Source of the DNA: Selaginella moellendorffii
Taxonomy: Eukaryota; Plantae; Lycopodiophyta
Assembly: GCF_000143415.4 (NCBI RefSeq)
Contig: NW_003314288.1
Coordinates: forward strand, 1,904,042 to 1,968,041
Reading direction: 5' to 3'
DNA: 64,000 nt
Both the position numbers and the translations under genes were made by a program. The notes beneath the pieces were generated by a model, which saw nothing but the letters and a program-made list of their open reading frames with translations, ran no database searches and was not told where the DNA came from. Below, piece after piece: positions 23,598 to 35,887 of this stretch (its first letter is position 1; each line of letters opens with the position of its first letter).

Positions 23598-23903
23598 TTG
23601 TCTAAAACCAAGTTTGGCATTAGACTTTAGTAAACTAGTGATGTCACATTGCCTAAATGATGTGGCGTCAGGCTTTAAAAAAAAAGACACATGCAACACT
23701 ATTCAAATGTTTGCTAGAAATTCTTTTTGTCTCCTGACATCCAGACAAAGACAAGCAAATTTTTTTGGTCTCCTGACATCCAGACAAAGAAAATCAAATG
23801 TTTTGTCAACTCACTGAAAAAGAAAATCATAGGCAACACTCAACACACAGGTGGGAAAACGTATTAGCCAAACAAAAACATCAAAGAGACGGAAATGCTT
23901 TGC

Positions 23904-24602
23904 CTAGACCAGATATTCCGAGGGACTCCACGTCTGGAACTGTGCCATTGTGGTGGGAGATATCCCCTGCAACGGCGGCATATTCATCTCCTCCCCTGCT
24001 CGATCTCGGGGCTGCGGGAACATCTCAAATTGCTCCCTGGGGTCATCGGGGAAGTTTAGATGCGCGCGAATTCCCTTGAATCCCACCGCCGCTCGATCGT
24101 ATGCCCTTGCGGCTTCCTCGGCGTTGTCATACGTTCCAAGCCACACTCTCGCGCGGGCATGGGGGTTGCGTATCTCCGCCGCCCACCTCTCGCCCCTCTT
24201 TCTCACGCCGCGGTAGCGCCGCTCCCGATCCATTGCCTGTCGCGCTCGTGAGCTGCCATGGCTGTAATCGCTGAAGGATCGCCGGCGTTTGGGCGGCTCG
24301 CTCTCGACCGCCTCTGCGGAGGGAGGATCATTGAGCGGAAAGCATGGGAGAGGAAGTTTGAATTCACCTGTTGGCGCGTCGTCCAATCCAGGAAGCTCGT
24401 GAACAGGGGATGGCGCCGAGAATGACGAGCACTCGAATTCCTTGTCGAAGTACCACGGCTCGAACGATTCCAGGCCTTGCAGCTCCGGCAGCTGCTCTGC
24501 GGCCTCCTCCTTTCCCTCTCTCGTGACATCGCCATGATCCTGATAATGCTCGACGAGCTCGCGATGATCAATGTCATCGACTGCTGCGGCGGAATTCTCC
24601 AT
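23904..24602 (-). CDS. ERF: AP2/ERF transcription factor, single AP2 domain, intronless
   Basis: [57 protein letters not shown]; acidic N-terminus. Confidence 0.92.
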   Translation of the reverse strand: MENSAAAVDDIDHRELVEHYQDHGDVTREGKEEAAEQLPELQGLESFEPWYFDKEFECSSFSAPSPVHELPGLDDAPTGEFKLPLPCFPLNDPPSAEAVESEPPKRRRSFSDYSHGSSRARQAMDRERRYRGVRKRGERWAAEIRNPHARARVWLGTYDNAEEAARAYDRAAVGFKGIRAHLNFPDDPREQFEMFPQPRDRAGEEMNMPPLQGISPTTMAQFQTWSPSEYLV

Positions 24603-24610
24603 CTAAAGAG

Positions 24611-24697
24611 TGTCCGCCGCGCTTCTGTAAGAGGGGAATTGCCCAGTTCTTCCGGAACTTATGTCCGCCGCCCTTCTGTAAGAGGGGAATTGCCCAG
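24611..24697. repeat. Two 36-bp direct repeats (51-bp period) immediately upstream of the ERF start codon
   Basis: TGTCCGCCGC(G/C)CTTCTGTAAGAGGGGAATTGCCCAG at 24611 and 24662. Confidence 0.85.
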
Positions 24698-25000
24698 GAA
24701 CTTATATCCCCGGGGAAGAGGAAAGAGGTTTCGTGTGTAGCTTCTGGCACGTACGGAGCCACAGGGGTGGCTCTTGCGCCCAAATGCCTACAGCGAAAAT
24801 TTTCCGCGGTATCACCCAAAAAGATGATTCCCATGATATACGGCGTCCGGTCCCAATGATTACTCGATCACGATCCTTATTTCCCGCGTCCTTATTTAAA
24901 CGGGGGCCGCGTCTTCTATTGACTCATGCAACAAAAGTCATGCAACAAAAGGTTGATTAATCAAAATAATTAGTGGTGTTTTACGTTAATGTAAACATGA

Positions 25001-26223
25001 TCACGTTAACCACTCCAATCCATCTATAAAGTCCTTGCTTGTGTAAAACTTAGCATCTTCTTTCCGAATCGTTTTGGTCCAGCTCGCGCGTTGCAACGAA
25101 TAAGCTCCTGGACCGTAGTTTTGATACTCCCCAAAGAGGGCAGTGCTGTAAAAGAGAGAGATAAAAAGGAGGTAAACGGCCCGTGATGTTACTCGTGATA
25201 ATTTACCTGTTGGATAGGCCGTAAACATCGTTCCAGTGAGTCCAACCAACGGGATCTACCACACTCTCCATGTAGCAATTGCTGAAAACCACAAATGCGT
25301 TGCTCCCCCAAGGTCGGCCCAGCGTCATCTTTCCAGTCTCTCCAATGTAGCAATTGTGGAACGAGTATCCAGAAGTGAAATCAGTGAGGGCAGATTTTCC
25401 TTGTGCCGTCAAGGATCCACTGGTTGTAGCATTGGAATTCGATATGAGATTACATTTCTGAGAACGAGAGAGTTTTTGTGAGCATTTCGTTTGAAAAGTT
25501 AAAAGACAGTTCTCCTTACCTCATAGAGTGACCTCCCAAAGCCAAAGATGAGATCTATGTTCCCCTCGATATATGTATTTTTGAAGTAATGCCTCCCACG
25601 GTCATCCAAGAGAGTGTCCTGGCTTGAGAGGATGAAACAATCAGAAATCTTTGCAAAATCGCCACTTAATTTCAAAGCTACGGCTTGCATATCATGAGCT
25701 CCTGGATTTGCAAATGGTACATCGTTCTATCAAAACAAAAGACATCCCAAAAATTTTTAAAAGATAAAATTATAAGAATTCTCACTTGAAATGTAATGTA
25801 TTCAGCAACAAAATATTTAGAAAGTACTTCAAAAGTTGCACTTTTCTCAGTACCATTAGCTGAAGCATGATTTGCATTATGAACAATCACAGTATCAAAT
25901 ATATATCCAGATAAGCCATGTAGTGTGATATAATCTTTAAACACTGGTATGGTGATCTTCTCACTGCATTTTCAAAACTAAATTACAAAAAAAAAAGAAA
26001 AAAAAAAAGAGGTACATACTGATAAACACCAGGTTGAACTAAAATCACATATTGATTTGATGCATTATAAGGAATCCAATCAATTGCAGCTGTGATATTT
26101 GAAACAATAATACTACCCTTTGGAGCAACATCATTAACTACATCAAATTTGGGATCAACAGATATATAAACTGGATGGAGCAAGAATCAAACTCAACACA
26201 GCAACAATTGCTAGCTTAAACAT
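25001..26223 (-). pseudogene. PME: Pectin methylesterase without a PRO domain, five exons; signal peptide out of frame with the catalytic domain (pseudogene or sequence error)
   Basis: QPGVYHEKI, SATF, QAVAL, QDTL, IEGNIDLIFG, LGRPW, FGEYQNYGPGA; ATG at 26223 reads MFKLAIVAVLSLILAPSSLYIC*. Confidence 0.8.
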
Positions 26224-26480
26224 CTTGATTTGTACTAATAAATATCAAATTATAATTTCTCCCATTTATTTAGTACACTAATAAACCATATACGGTTTAC
26301 AATATTTTTAATGTCAAAGCAACTAGAAACACTTTTAGAGCAGCTACAAACATATAATATAGCAACAAATTTGCGTACACAGTTTTTCTTATCATAATCA
26401 CTTTATTTCTGTTTTTTATTTTGATTTTTCTAGAGCACTGAACTTATGTTTCGTGCTCTCAGAACTCAAGTGCGCGCATT

Positions 26481-29400
26481 TTATCTATGTACAAAAAGAG
26501 CCATCGCCGCCAGCAGCTCTTCGGAATTGGATGCAGCATCAACACCCGATGGCAAATCCTCCTCTTGGCTTCTCTTGCTCCTCCACACTATTGTCTTGTG
26601 CGAGCCACGGGAGAGCATCTCCTGGTCTGAGTCGCCGCTCTTGCCGACGCACACAAACATATTGGGAATCTCCACACCCCATCGAATGTAAAGGTACCTG
26701 AAAAATCACACGAGAGGGAAGAAACTCCATGATCTTGATCCAAAGACAAGTTTGATCTCGTAATTAACATTCATTACCTTAGAGCTGACCATCGCGAAGC
26801 AAACAGCGGAAGCACATGAAGCCTCGTCCCATTCTGGCAGCTCACGATATGGCAGCGAAGGCCTCGCATCCTCAGCTTCTCGTGAAGCTCCTCGATCTTC
26901 ATTCCCTGCAAGCCACGAGCAAAAAACCATCAGAAAAGAAAGACCAATGGTTCCAAGAAGAAAAGTTGGCAAGAACTTACGTGGTAACTATTGCGCGACG
27001 CCGTTTGATACGCCAGGCAGCGGGAGTTACTCCTCTTGGCCTCCTTGACGATGCCACTGGCGCGGCCATTCTGGAGCTCAAACAGCCTCGCCAGCGTCTT
27101 CTCCATCCCCTCGATGTTCCAACGAAACTCTACGTGCTTCTCGTAGTCAAGATCTTTGGATAGCAGTGGCAGCGACGATGGATCCCCCTTTTGCTCGTCT
27201 CTCTCGCTGCTGCTACCGCTCGCTACCGGATAGTAGAGCTCGGCCCCGCTGCTACAGACCAAAGCATCAAACTCGAGCACCGAGACTCCGACCGCCTTGA
27301 GCCCGAGCTGGACCTCGGACGCCGTGAGCGACGTGGATATCACTAGCCCGGTCTCGCTCTTGCCACCATAGCTCCTCCCCGCAATCACCACGTCCCGGAC
27401 GAGCTCGTGGCTCCGGAGGTTGTCCACCGCGAGGACCAGGAGATTTTTCCTTCTTCTCAGCAAAGGCCACCTAGTAGTAGCAGCAGCAGCAGCAGTAGTA
27501 ATCGTGCCAAGCTCGCTGCTCTTGGCTTCCTCCGGGACGTCGCTAGCGTTCTTCTTGTGAGACTGCGCGTACTTCTCCACGAATCTCTTGATGTCTTCCA
27601 CGGTGATGCTGCTCTTGCCATTGGTGACGCTCCCGTAGCTCTGGAACCTCTCGCCATCGACGGAGAGGCGGAGGGAGATTTCCTGGGAGTCGTGGAGGGA
27701 CGAGTCGAGCTCCACCTCGTTGGAGTAACTGTCCTCAGTGCTCCACTCCGGGTGCCTCGTCCGGCATGAGACTATCCGGGAGAGATAAGTTCGGCAGTGC
27801 TCCGGCCACGAGTAGACGTTGATGTTCTTGAGGCCGTTTCTCTGGCATTCCAGCCACAGGCCCCTGTCTGCTAGCAGCTTGAGGAGTGCCTCCGCGATGG
27901 CCTTGTCGTCGTGGGGATCAACCAAGAGACCATTGTGCAGTGCCTGGAAGAACGGATAGAAAACTTCGCTAGAGGAGTTAAAAATGTGAAGTTTACCTGT
28001 TGTATATCAACTGGGCCACCATTTGAAGTGGCCACCATTGGCAATCCATGAGCAGCTGCCTGTATAGATAAAGAAAAAGAAAACTAGAACTTACGAAACA
28101 AAAAGTGAGAAGAAACTGTTACCTCGATTAAAGTTAAGCCAAAAGGCTCGACCAAAGCTGGATTGATAAACACTCCCTGGACCACAATAGTATTATTTAT
28201 GCTAGAACAGGAAGAGAGAGAGCACCTTCGTCTTTGCTGCAAGCTGATATATTGCGGGAACTTCATACTGTTTGTGATGTTTGGGATACGAGACTTGGCC
28301 ATGAAGATCGTACTTGTCAATGAGCTTCAAAACAGTGGTCAAAACACTTGCATTGGCCGCAGACATGTCATCGATATCATCCCTGTTCCCCATGATCAGC
28401 GTCTGGAAAAACAAAGATACAATAGGATAAAAAAGTAGAAAGATAGTATTACCAAGTTCGCGAGATCTCTCAACAACATGCACTCTCCATAAGCTTTTAG
28501 GAGAGTGGTGATATTTTTCTTTGGATCCGGACGAGCGAGCGCCAGGATCATTGGCTTGTGAGGATTGTGCAGGAAGCGCATGATCTGTACAGTACAAAAA
28601 AAGTTGACGTGAAGTTCCTCCAACCGAAGAGAAAGAAAACTTAAATCCCTCACATCTCCCCAGATTGGAGGATCCATCTTTGGCGACGTTGGCAACGAGA
28701 CAGTGTTGCCATGAATCTCATTCGCTATAGCAGCAGTCTCAGAATCAAGAACTACATTGCTAAAATCCATTCCTGGAGGAATAACCTGTAAGTTCAAGCT
28801 TAGTTCAAGAACAAAGAACGAAGAACACACGATAGAACTTACCACCATGCGAGGCATGAACCGGCCATGGCAATTCAGTCCCTTCTTCGCTCTGATCTTG
28901 AGAACTCTGTCCACCTTCACGTCATAGCCAAAGTAGTAATCCCCCCACTGCTCCACAACTTCCTGCTTGGTGCTCGTGATAACAAGCTCAGCCACGTCCA
29001 AACACGTCTCCTCGGCCTCGATGCGCCGGAAGATCTTGTAAGTCGAGTTCACGTCCTCCCTCGACTGCCTCCCCTGGACGAGGAGCTGCTCGAGCTTGTT
29101 TCGTCCCAACGAGTGTCCCGTCATGACCATCGGAACGTTTAGAGCCCCGGAGATCAAAGCAGCGGCGTAGCCAGCGTCGGCATAGTGTCCGTGAACTACC
29201 TGAGGCCAGACCAGCTCCCTGGACGCTGCCGGCGGAGTGGTACCATTGGTGTTACCATGGTAAAGATGGTGGTGAAGCTGGTCTGCGAGAACTTTGGCCA
29301 TGTCTTTGATGTGAGCGAGCGCTCCATCGACGAACTCCTCGATGTGAGGCCAGAGGAGCTCCTTGCGGAGGTACTGCTCCCTCGGACCACAGGGAATCCG

Positions 29401-30959
29401 GACGATATACGCACCGCTGCTCTCGCCACCCGTGCAGCACAGCATCTCAGTCGGCTCACAGTAGCTCCAGTCCACCTCGTCCGTGGCGCATATCTGGCGT
29501 GTCAAGAGGTCCACGCGGTACACCCCCGGCATCGCAGCCAGCGATTTTGCGAGCTCCACTACGTACTTGACCTGCGAGAAACAAAGCGTGGCGAGCACGG
29601 TAGCGTGAGAAAGCCAAAGAACTTTTAAGGAGAAAGGAGTGGAAGAGCAAGCTCGGAAGGAAGCAAACGATCTCTCATTCATTCATGCTCGCCAAGAAAC
29701 CAGGGACAGAGACAAAGGCGAGCTCATGCCAGACAAAGCTTGTATTACTTCTGTGCTTTGGCCACAGACACATTGAACGGCTCTTTGTTGTTTAGCGAGC
29801 AAGCAATCAAGGATTTGCAAAGCGATCAATCCAAGCGTGCAAAGGCAGTTTAAAGCTCTCACGGGGATCATCAAGGATCATCAAAGACGAAAGCAAACAA
29901 AGAAGAGCTGCAGGAAGAACGAAGAACAAAAGAACAAAGAAGTTTCTTGTTACCTGTCCACCGGTATCGGAGTCTCGTCCCAGCTCCATATTCTCGCCAC
30001 GAACGAGGCCATGCAAGCTGCAATGGGAGAAAGTTTAGAGAACTTTTGCGCAATCCAAGAATGAAACGAAAACGAGAGGAGAGAACTTCGTGAATTTTTC
30101 TAAGGGCGATCGAAAAAGCACAAGAAACTTCACGAAGAACTAGGAGGAGGAAGAACAAAGATGGAGAACAAAAGATATACCTGATCAAGACGATGTACAT
30201 GTTTCTTCCTCGCTCTTGATCGCTCCAGCTGTGGAGCACCGAGAGGTTTCTAAGCATGGATTTCTTCTTGGTTCCACTGCCGGACGAGGACGACGAGTTT
30301 GCCTCGGCAAGCTCGAGCTTCTCGCCGTCGGAGAGATCCTCGAGCAGCTCCTCCTCGGCATCGCGTTGCCCTCTTTCTCGCGCCGCTCGCCCCTGCGCCC
30401 GCTCGCTCTCGATCCTCTTCCACTTCCTCCGCTCGAACCAGATCCGCCAGCACAGATTCTCCAGCCGGACGCTCTGGATCTTATCATTCCTCCTGACCGT
30501 CGCCTAGCAATCAAGAACAACAAAGAACAAAAGAAAAAAAAAACAAGAAAAAAGCAAAGAAACAAACGATCAGCTCAGCAGCATGGAAAACCAATCGCCC
30601 AATTGCCGCAGAATCCGCGACCCAACTCGCTCGCGAATCGAATGATCGCGACCCCAGACGACGATCGCCAGGGATTCGGCGACCCAACACCGCGATCATC
30701 AAGAAACAAGAGCAAAACAAAAAAAGGAAGATCAAAGAAAGATCACCTTGGCCCAAGATTGATGGATGTCGCGCTCCTCGAATTTGCTCACGACCTCCTC
30801 CACGAAGTAGCGAGACACCCTCCACACCTGGCGCGTCTCCTCCGCCCCAACCCTGTTCTTGGGCGACGATCGAGACGATGGAGCGCAATTCCTGTGGACA
30901 TCGCTGCCAATCTCTAGGAATGCATTGAGGTAGCCATCGATCCATTCGTTCCCTTCCAT
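26481..30959 (-). CDS. SPS: Sucrose-phosphate synthase, multi-exon
   Basis: [108 protein letters not shown]; degenerate SPP-like C-terminus. Confidence 0.96.
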
Positions 30960-31405
30960 TGGAGGAGCTGGAGCGCGGCACCTCCACCCCTGATTTTCAA
31001 AGAAATGGGCTTCCCTCCTTATTCCCCAGGTGGAGGTTTTTTTCTCCTCCTCCCTTTCCCATTATAAAACCCCTGCCACCTCTAATTAATTTTAGGTTAA
31101 CATGATGGGAATATTCGGGTTTTCTTAGCTCCAAAATTAAAAGAGAGAGAAGAGCTAATATATCAAAATGTAATGATGGAGATATTTTCAATAATGCAAG
31201 AACATCCGCGCATTCTTATAATTGTGGGTTCTTTTTTCTTTTCTTTTTTTTCCTCCTTTGGTCTCGATTCGATTGCAAAAGTGCATGGTCTCGTGAATTT
31301 TTGCAGTGTTGTGTGATTCTTTGGGAAATTATTTTTCCAAAGTAGAGAGATTCGGGCACCTCAATCACGCAAAAGCTCACGGGCTGATTCAGAAGATATC
31401 AATCT

Positions 31406-31592
31406 CTTTCTCTCTCTCTCTCTCTAGTGTGTTTGCGTCTGTGTGTCTCTTTGTGAGACACGTCCCTTGATCAAATGGTTGTCTGCTTGAATCAAACCTT
31501 GAGTTGGGCAGCCTCAAGACAAAAGATATATGTATATGGTGAAGAATGTGAAAGTTACACCAATATGAGTGTGTGTGTGTGTGTGAGAGAGA
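31406..31592. repeat. (TC)n and (GT)n(GA)n microsatellites upstream of SPS
   Basis: TC run at ~31406-31425; GT/GA run at ~31569-31592. Confidence 0.8.
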
Positions 31593-32028
31593 GATATGAT
31601 CAGGACAATTATAGAGCCCACGTAAGGTTCTTTCTCTCGTTGTTGCAGTTCATTCCATTTAATTTCATATATAGTCCAAGCAGACCAACTCCCAAACGAT
31701 CCAACCGTCCACACGGGCCTTTCTTGTGAATTGTGAAGAGATAACTACCAACTGCTTGCAATCCCTCACTGTCCACAAATTATGAGGAAAATTTCTATTT
31801 TCTTTTAGAATGTTTCTATTATTATTTGAAGAAAAAGGACGAGAAAATAAATGTGGTCATGCAGATGGGGAGGTGTTTCTTACTCTTGCGTTTCTGACTC
31901 GCCACAGCAGCAACAGCAGACCCACCTGTTGACAAAACAATACAAATGCGAAACCGAAAGGATTTTCTGTCGTTTGGGGGCTGGAAACGTATAATGGGGG
32001 TTGGTTTTTGGGCAAGAGAACGTGGAAG

Positions 32029-32033
32029 GCGGG

Positions 32034-32076
<43 letters not shown>

Positions 32077-32101
32077 GCGTGTTCGATCCACGCTCACCGC
32101 A
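32029..32101 (+). tRNA. trnF-GAA: tRNA-Phe (GAA)
   Basis: GCGGGGATAGCTCAGTTGGGAGAGCGTCAGACTGAAGATCTGAAGGTCGCGTGTTCGATCCACGCTCACCGCA; canonical plant cytosolic sequence followed by T-runs (Pol III terminator). Confidence 0.97.
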
Positions 32102-32198
32102 TTTCATTTTCTTTTTCATATGCGCATATTCTTTTTGGGGGTTTTAGCGAGATTTTAGGGTTTATGGGTGCGAGCGGGACGAGGACGAGGAGGGATCC

Positions 32199-35100
32199 AT
32201 GCATGGCGCCGGGAGCCGCATTCGCCGCCTCCACAGTGGCGACGCCATCGTCTGCCGCCTGATCCAGGTCCGCCACGGCAAAGGTACCAAATGGCCGCTC
32301 GAGTACTCGCGCAAGAAGTGGTTCTTGGGGCCGCCCAAGCTCCCGCCCGAGATTGTCGAGTGGCACGAACAGGTGAAGCAGGCGGAGATGGATCGGATCG
32401 AAGCCACGCGCCCGGACGTCGTCCCGCCCCAGCCCCGGATCCGGGGCTCCTCCCACATTGCCGTGACGCTCCCCAGGGTCCACGCCCTCAAGAAAAAAAG
32501 AGGATTGGCAGCCAGGAGAGAGGAAGACGAAGAAATAGCGGAAGAACAAGAGAAGAAGATGGAAGACAAAGAAGAAGAGGATGGAGAGTGCGAAGAAGAG
32601 AGGAGGCGGAAGGATGAGAAGCTCATGGACGAGCTTGTGGACTACTACAGGGAGTGTGCCGAGTGCGGGATCGTCCCGGAGAAATCCATGGGAGTGAAGA
32701 TGGCTTTCAAGGACTACGCCTATCTTTTCCTCCAGGCCGGGGAGGACCGCGATATAGTTCGAGGAAAATGGGGGCACGCTCACGCGCTCTCTCACGGCCA
32801 TCGCTCCAACCGGTACCTCGGCAATTGCCTCATGATAATGTACAACCGGTGCGGCTACGTCCACGAGGCCCAGAAGATCTTCGACGACATCGTCTGGAAG
32901 AACGTCTTTACGTGGACTGTTTTGATGAAGGGGTACGCCGACTTTGGCGAGTTCGAGCGCTCGGTGGCGCTCTTCCGGGAGATGCTGGCTCGCGGCGAGC
33001 CTGCCAACGAGTATACTTTCAGCTGCGCGCTCACTTGCCTCGGTGCTCTGAGGATGCTGGAGCAGGGAAGGGTGGTGGACGGGATCGCGAGGGAGATGAG
33101 CTTCTCGTCCCGGATCACGGCCGGGAACGCGCTGATAAGTATGTATGGAAAGTGTGGATCCATTCCCGACGCTAAGAACGTTTTTGATTCCATGCAGGAG
33201 AGGAACGTCGTGACATGGAACGCTCTCATCGCGGCCTACGCGCAGAACGGTCTCTACAGGGAGATCGAGTGGCTTCTCCCGGCTATGGAGGTTGACGGCG
33301 TGAGGCCGAACAAGATCAGCTTCATGGGGATCTCGCTGGCCGTGCCGAGCTTTCGGGATGCTTTTGTGTCGGCCAGGCAGGTCCACAAGAGGATGTTTGA
33401 TCTCGGGCTCGACCTGGTCGGCTACACGGCGCTGGTGAAGATGTACGGGAGGTGTGGTCAGGTCGAGGATGCGGAGGTAGTCTTTGAGGGGATACCGTGG
33501 AAGGACGTAGTGGCTTGGACAGCGATGGTGACGAGTTTTGCACAGAATGGGTTTAGTGACAGGGCCTTCAAGTGCTACCGAAGAATGCAGCTCGAGGGAA
33601 GGGTACCAAACAAGATAACTTTGCTCGGGATTGTGGATGCGTGCGACAGTGCTCACAGGTGCAGGGAAATCCGGTCACGCATGGAAGGAGCTCCGTTTGA
33701 GTCGGATACTTCGGTGAAGAATGCGCTGCTAAGCCGGTTTGGAAGGCTAGGCAGCATTGACGACGCTAGAGATGTCTTTAAGAGCATTGGCAAGAGGAAC
33801 CTTGTGTCCTGGAACGCGATGATCTTCGCGCTGGTGCAGCACCAAAAGTTCGAAGAGGTTCTCGATGCTTACAGGCAATTGCAACTTGACGGGGAAAAGG
33901 CTGACAGGATTAGTTTCATCGGAGTTCTTGACGGCTGTGCGATGCTGGAGGACTTGGTCGAAGGAAAGAAAGCTCACAGGCATGTTTTGGAGAAGGGACT
34001 TTCGAAAGACAGGATGATTCGTAATGCGCTGGTCAACATGTATGGGAGGTGTTCCAGAGTGGAGAAAGCTCGGCAAGTGTTTGAGAAGATAGAAGAGAAA
34101 GACATCGTTTCCTGGAACGCACTTGCCTCGGCCGCAGCGAGACACCAGCTACATGACGAGGTTTTGGAGCTGCTCAGGGAAATGGATCTGGAAGGTGTCA
34201 AAGCGGACAGCATCACTTTCATTGCTGTGGTCGTGGCGTGTGGAAGTTTACGTGCTTTACGTGAAGGGACAGAAGTTCACGGGAGGATTTACGCTGCAGG
34301 ACTCTTGAATGATTCGGAGAAGAGCCGCAAGCTCAAGACGGCTCTGGTGGACATGTATGGGAAGTGTGGAAATGTGGAGGCTGCAAAGGAGGTATTTTCC
34401 AGCATTCGGGGAAGGGACGACATTCCATGGACTGCTATGATGTCGGCTTCGGTTGGAAACACGGTAGAAACCTTGAGGTTACTCCAGGAAATGGATTTGG
34501 AAGGGGTCAAGCCGAGTAGCATCGCGTATGCGGTTCTTCTCGATGCATTCACAGGTCCGTTTGCTCTGGGCGATGGAGAAAGGATCCATGCACGGATCAG
34601 CGAGAGCTGGCTTCACAAGAACGCTCTTTTAAGCATCTCCCTTGTCAATATGTACGCAAGGTGTGGATGCTTGGAGCAGGCCAGAAAGGTGTTTGAGCAG
34701 CAGGGCGACGATCTTGACAGTGTGGTCTTGTGGAACAGCATGCTGGCAGCTTTTATCAGTCAGGGCCACGGCTACGATGCCCTCGAGCTCTCGCTGAGAA
34801 TGGACTTAGAAGGTGTAAAGCCGAGCGAGACCACTTTCGTCGCCTTGCTCGAAGCCTGTAGCTTGGTCACGGACAGACAACGGGGTGACAAGCTCTATCG
34901 CCGGTTTAGACGCAGTGGTTTCGCTCCCAACGTCATCGTCGACACGGCTCTTGTCAACTTACACTCGATTTCCGGCGGTAGCCTGGAAGATATCCGGACC
35001 TTTTTCGACAAGATGAAAGTCAAGACACAAGTATCGTGGAGCTCCATGATCTCGGCCTATGCGCGAAGAGGCCTTTCCGACGAGGCGCTGGAGCTGCTTG

Positions 35101-35666
35101 GAAGCATGATCCAGCTCGGGCTGGACCCGGACGGAGTTACTTTCATCAGCTTGCTCTCCGGTTGCAGCTATGGAGGACTGGTGGGCGAAGCTTGCCAGTG
35201 TTTCTACTCGCTGGAGCACGACCATGGATTAAAACCGGGAGTGGAGCACCACCGGATAATAGTGGACGTTTTGGGACGAGCAGGCTGGCTCGATGAAGCC
35301 GAAAAGATGGCTGGAATGGCGAGCGACGAGAAAAATATCGAGGGTGGCACTGGTGCATGGACGAGCCTCTTAAGTTCGTGTAGAAACTTTGGAGACTCCG
35401 AGAGAGGCGCTCGAGCAGCGGCGGCGGCCTCGCAGCGGGAACCGGGCAGACCATCGTCTTATTTGATCCTCTCGAGTATCTACGCCGAAGAAGCCGCCGC
35501 TCGCGAGAGTGCTAGTTTCCTGGCTGGGAATGATCCGTCGAGCTGGGGTGCCGCGTGTGGGGAGATCACTCCAGTGGAGGACGATGAGGACGAGCTGATT
35601 AGCATCTCCAAGCTCGCTCGAATGGGTCCTCGGCGGCCAGGGAAGCCCGACGGTCTGGACGCTTGA
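32199..35666 (+). CDS. PLS-class pentatricopeptide repeat protein with E-type C-terminus and no DYW domain, 1155 aa, intronless
   Basis: Repeated NALISMYGKCG / VVTWNALI / PNKISF triplets; PGVEHH..IVDVLGRAGWLDEA, AWTSLLSSC, SYLILSSIYA. Confidence 0.93.
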   Translation: MHGAGSRIRRLHSGDAIVCRLIQVRHGKGTKWPLEYSRKKWFLGPPKLPPEIVEWHEQVKQAEMDRIEATRPDVVPPQPRIRGSSHIAVTLPRVHALKKKRGLAARREEDEEIAEEQEKKMEDKEEEDGECEEERRRKDEKLMDELVDYYRECAECGIVPEKSMGVKMAFKDYAYLFLQAGEDRDIVRGKWGHAHALSHGHRSNRYLGNCLMIMYNRCGYVHEAQKIFDDIVWKNVFTWTVLMKGYADFGEFERSVALFREMLARGEPANEYTFSCALTCLGALRMLEQGRVVDGIAREMSFSSRITAGNALISMYGKCGSIPDAKNVFDSMQERNVVTWNALIAAYAQNGLYREIEWLLPAMEVDGVRPNKISFMGISLAVPSFRDAFVSARQVHKRMFDLGLDLVGYTALVKMYGRCGQVEDAEVVFEGIPWKDVVAWTAMVTSFAQNGFSDRAFKCYRRMQLEGRVPNKITLLGIVDACDSAHRCREIRSRMEGAPFESDTSVKNALLSRFGRLGSIDDARDVFKSIGKRNLVSWNAMIFALVQHQKFEEVLDAYRQLQLDGEKADRISFIGVLDGCAMLEDLVEGKKAHRHVLEKGLSKDRMIRNALVNMYGRCSRVEKARQVFEKIEEKDIVSWNALASAAARHQLHDEVLELLREMDLEGVKADSITFIAVVVACGSLRALREGTEVHGRIYAAGLLNDSEKSRKLKTALVDMYGKCGNVEAAKEVFSSIRGRDDIPWTAMMSASVGNTVETLRLLQEMDLEGVKPSSIAYAVLLDAFTGPFALGDGERIHARISESWLHKNALLSISLVNMYARCGCLEQARKVFEQQGDDLDSVVLWNSMLAAFISQGHGYDALELSLRMDLEGVKPSETTFVALLEACSLVTDRQRGDKLYRRFRRSGFAPNVIVDTALVNLHSISGGSLEDIRTFFDKMKVKTQVSWSSMISAYARRGLSDEALELLGSMIQLGLDPDGVTFISLLSGCSYGGLVGEACQCFYSLEHDHGLKPGVEHHRIIVDVLGRAGWLDEAEKMAGMASDEKNIEGGTGAWTSLLSSCRNFGDSERGARAAAAASQREPGRPSSYLILSSIYAEEAAARESASFLAGNDPSSWGAACGEITPVEDDEDELISISKLARMGPRRPGKPDGLDA

Positions 35667-35887
35667 GGAGGAAAAAGAAGCAAACTACTATTTCCCTCCA
35701 AAAAGGAGGAAAACTTTCTGCTAGGTTGGGGCCAAGGTGGGATTTTGGAGTCGCCCTCTTGGATTTTGGGAGTAGCTTGTGCGATCTTTGGCGGCTGGGA
35801 TGAAGGTTTTGGCTTCCGAGCAAGGTGGGTCTGTTTCTTGCTTCCAGGGCTCGGCATTGTTGAGTTTACAAACGAGTTTTTCGCAGA

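Noticed and set aside
32094-33656. 520-aa minus-strand ORF, and similar shadow ORFs (36574-37446, 42518-43774, 47695-48540, 30216-30917)
   Set aside because: They are antisense or alternate-frame shadows of GC-rich real genes and have no motifs of their own
35400-35666. DYW deaminase domain on the PPR proteins
   Set aside because: No HSEK, CxDC or DYW motif in any of the three PPR ORFs
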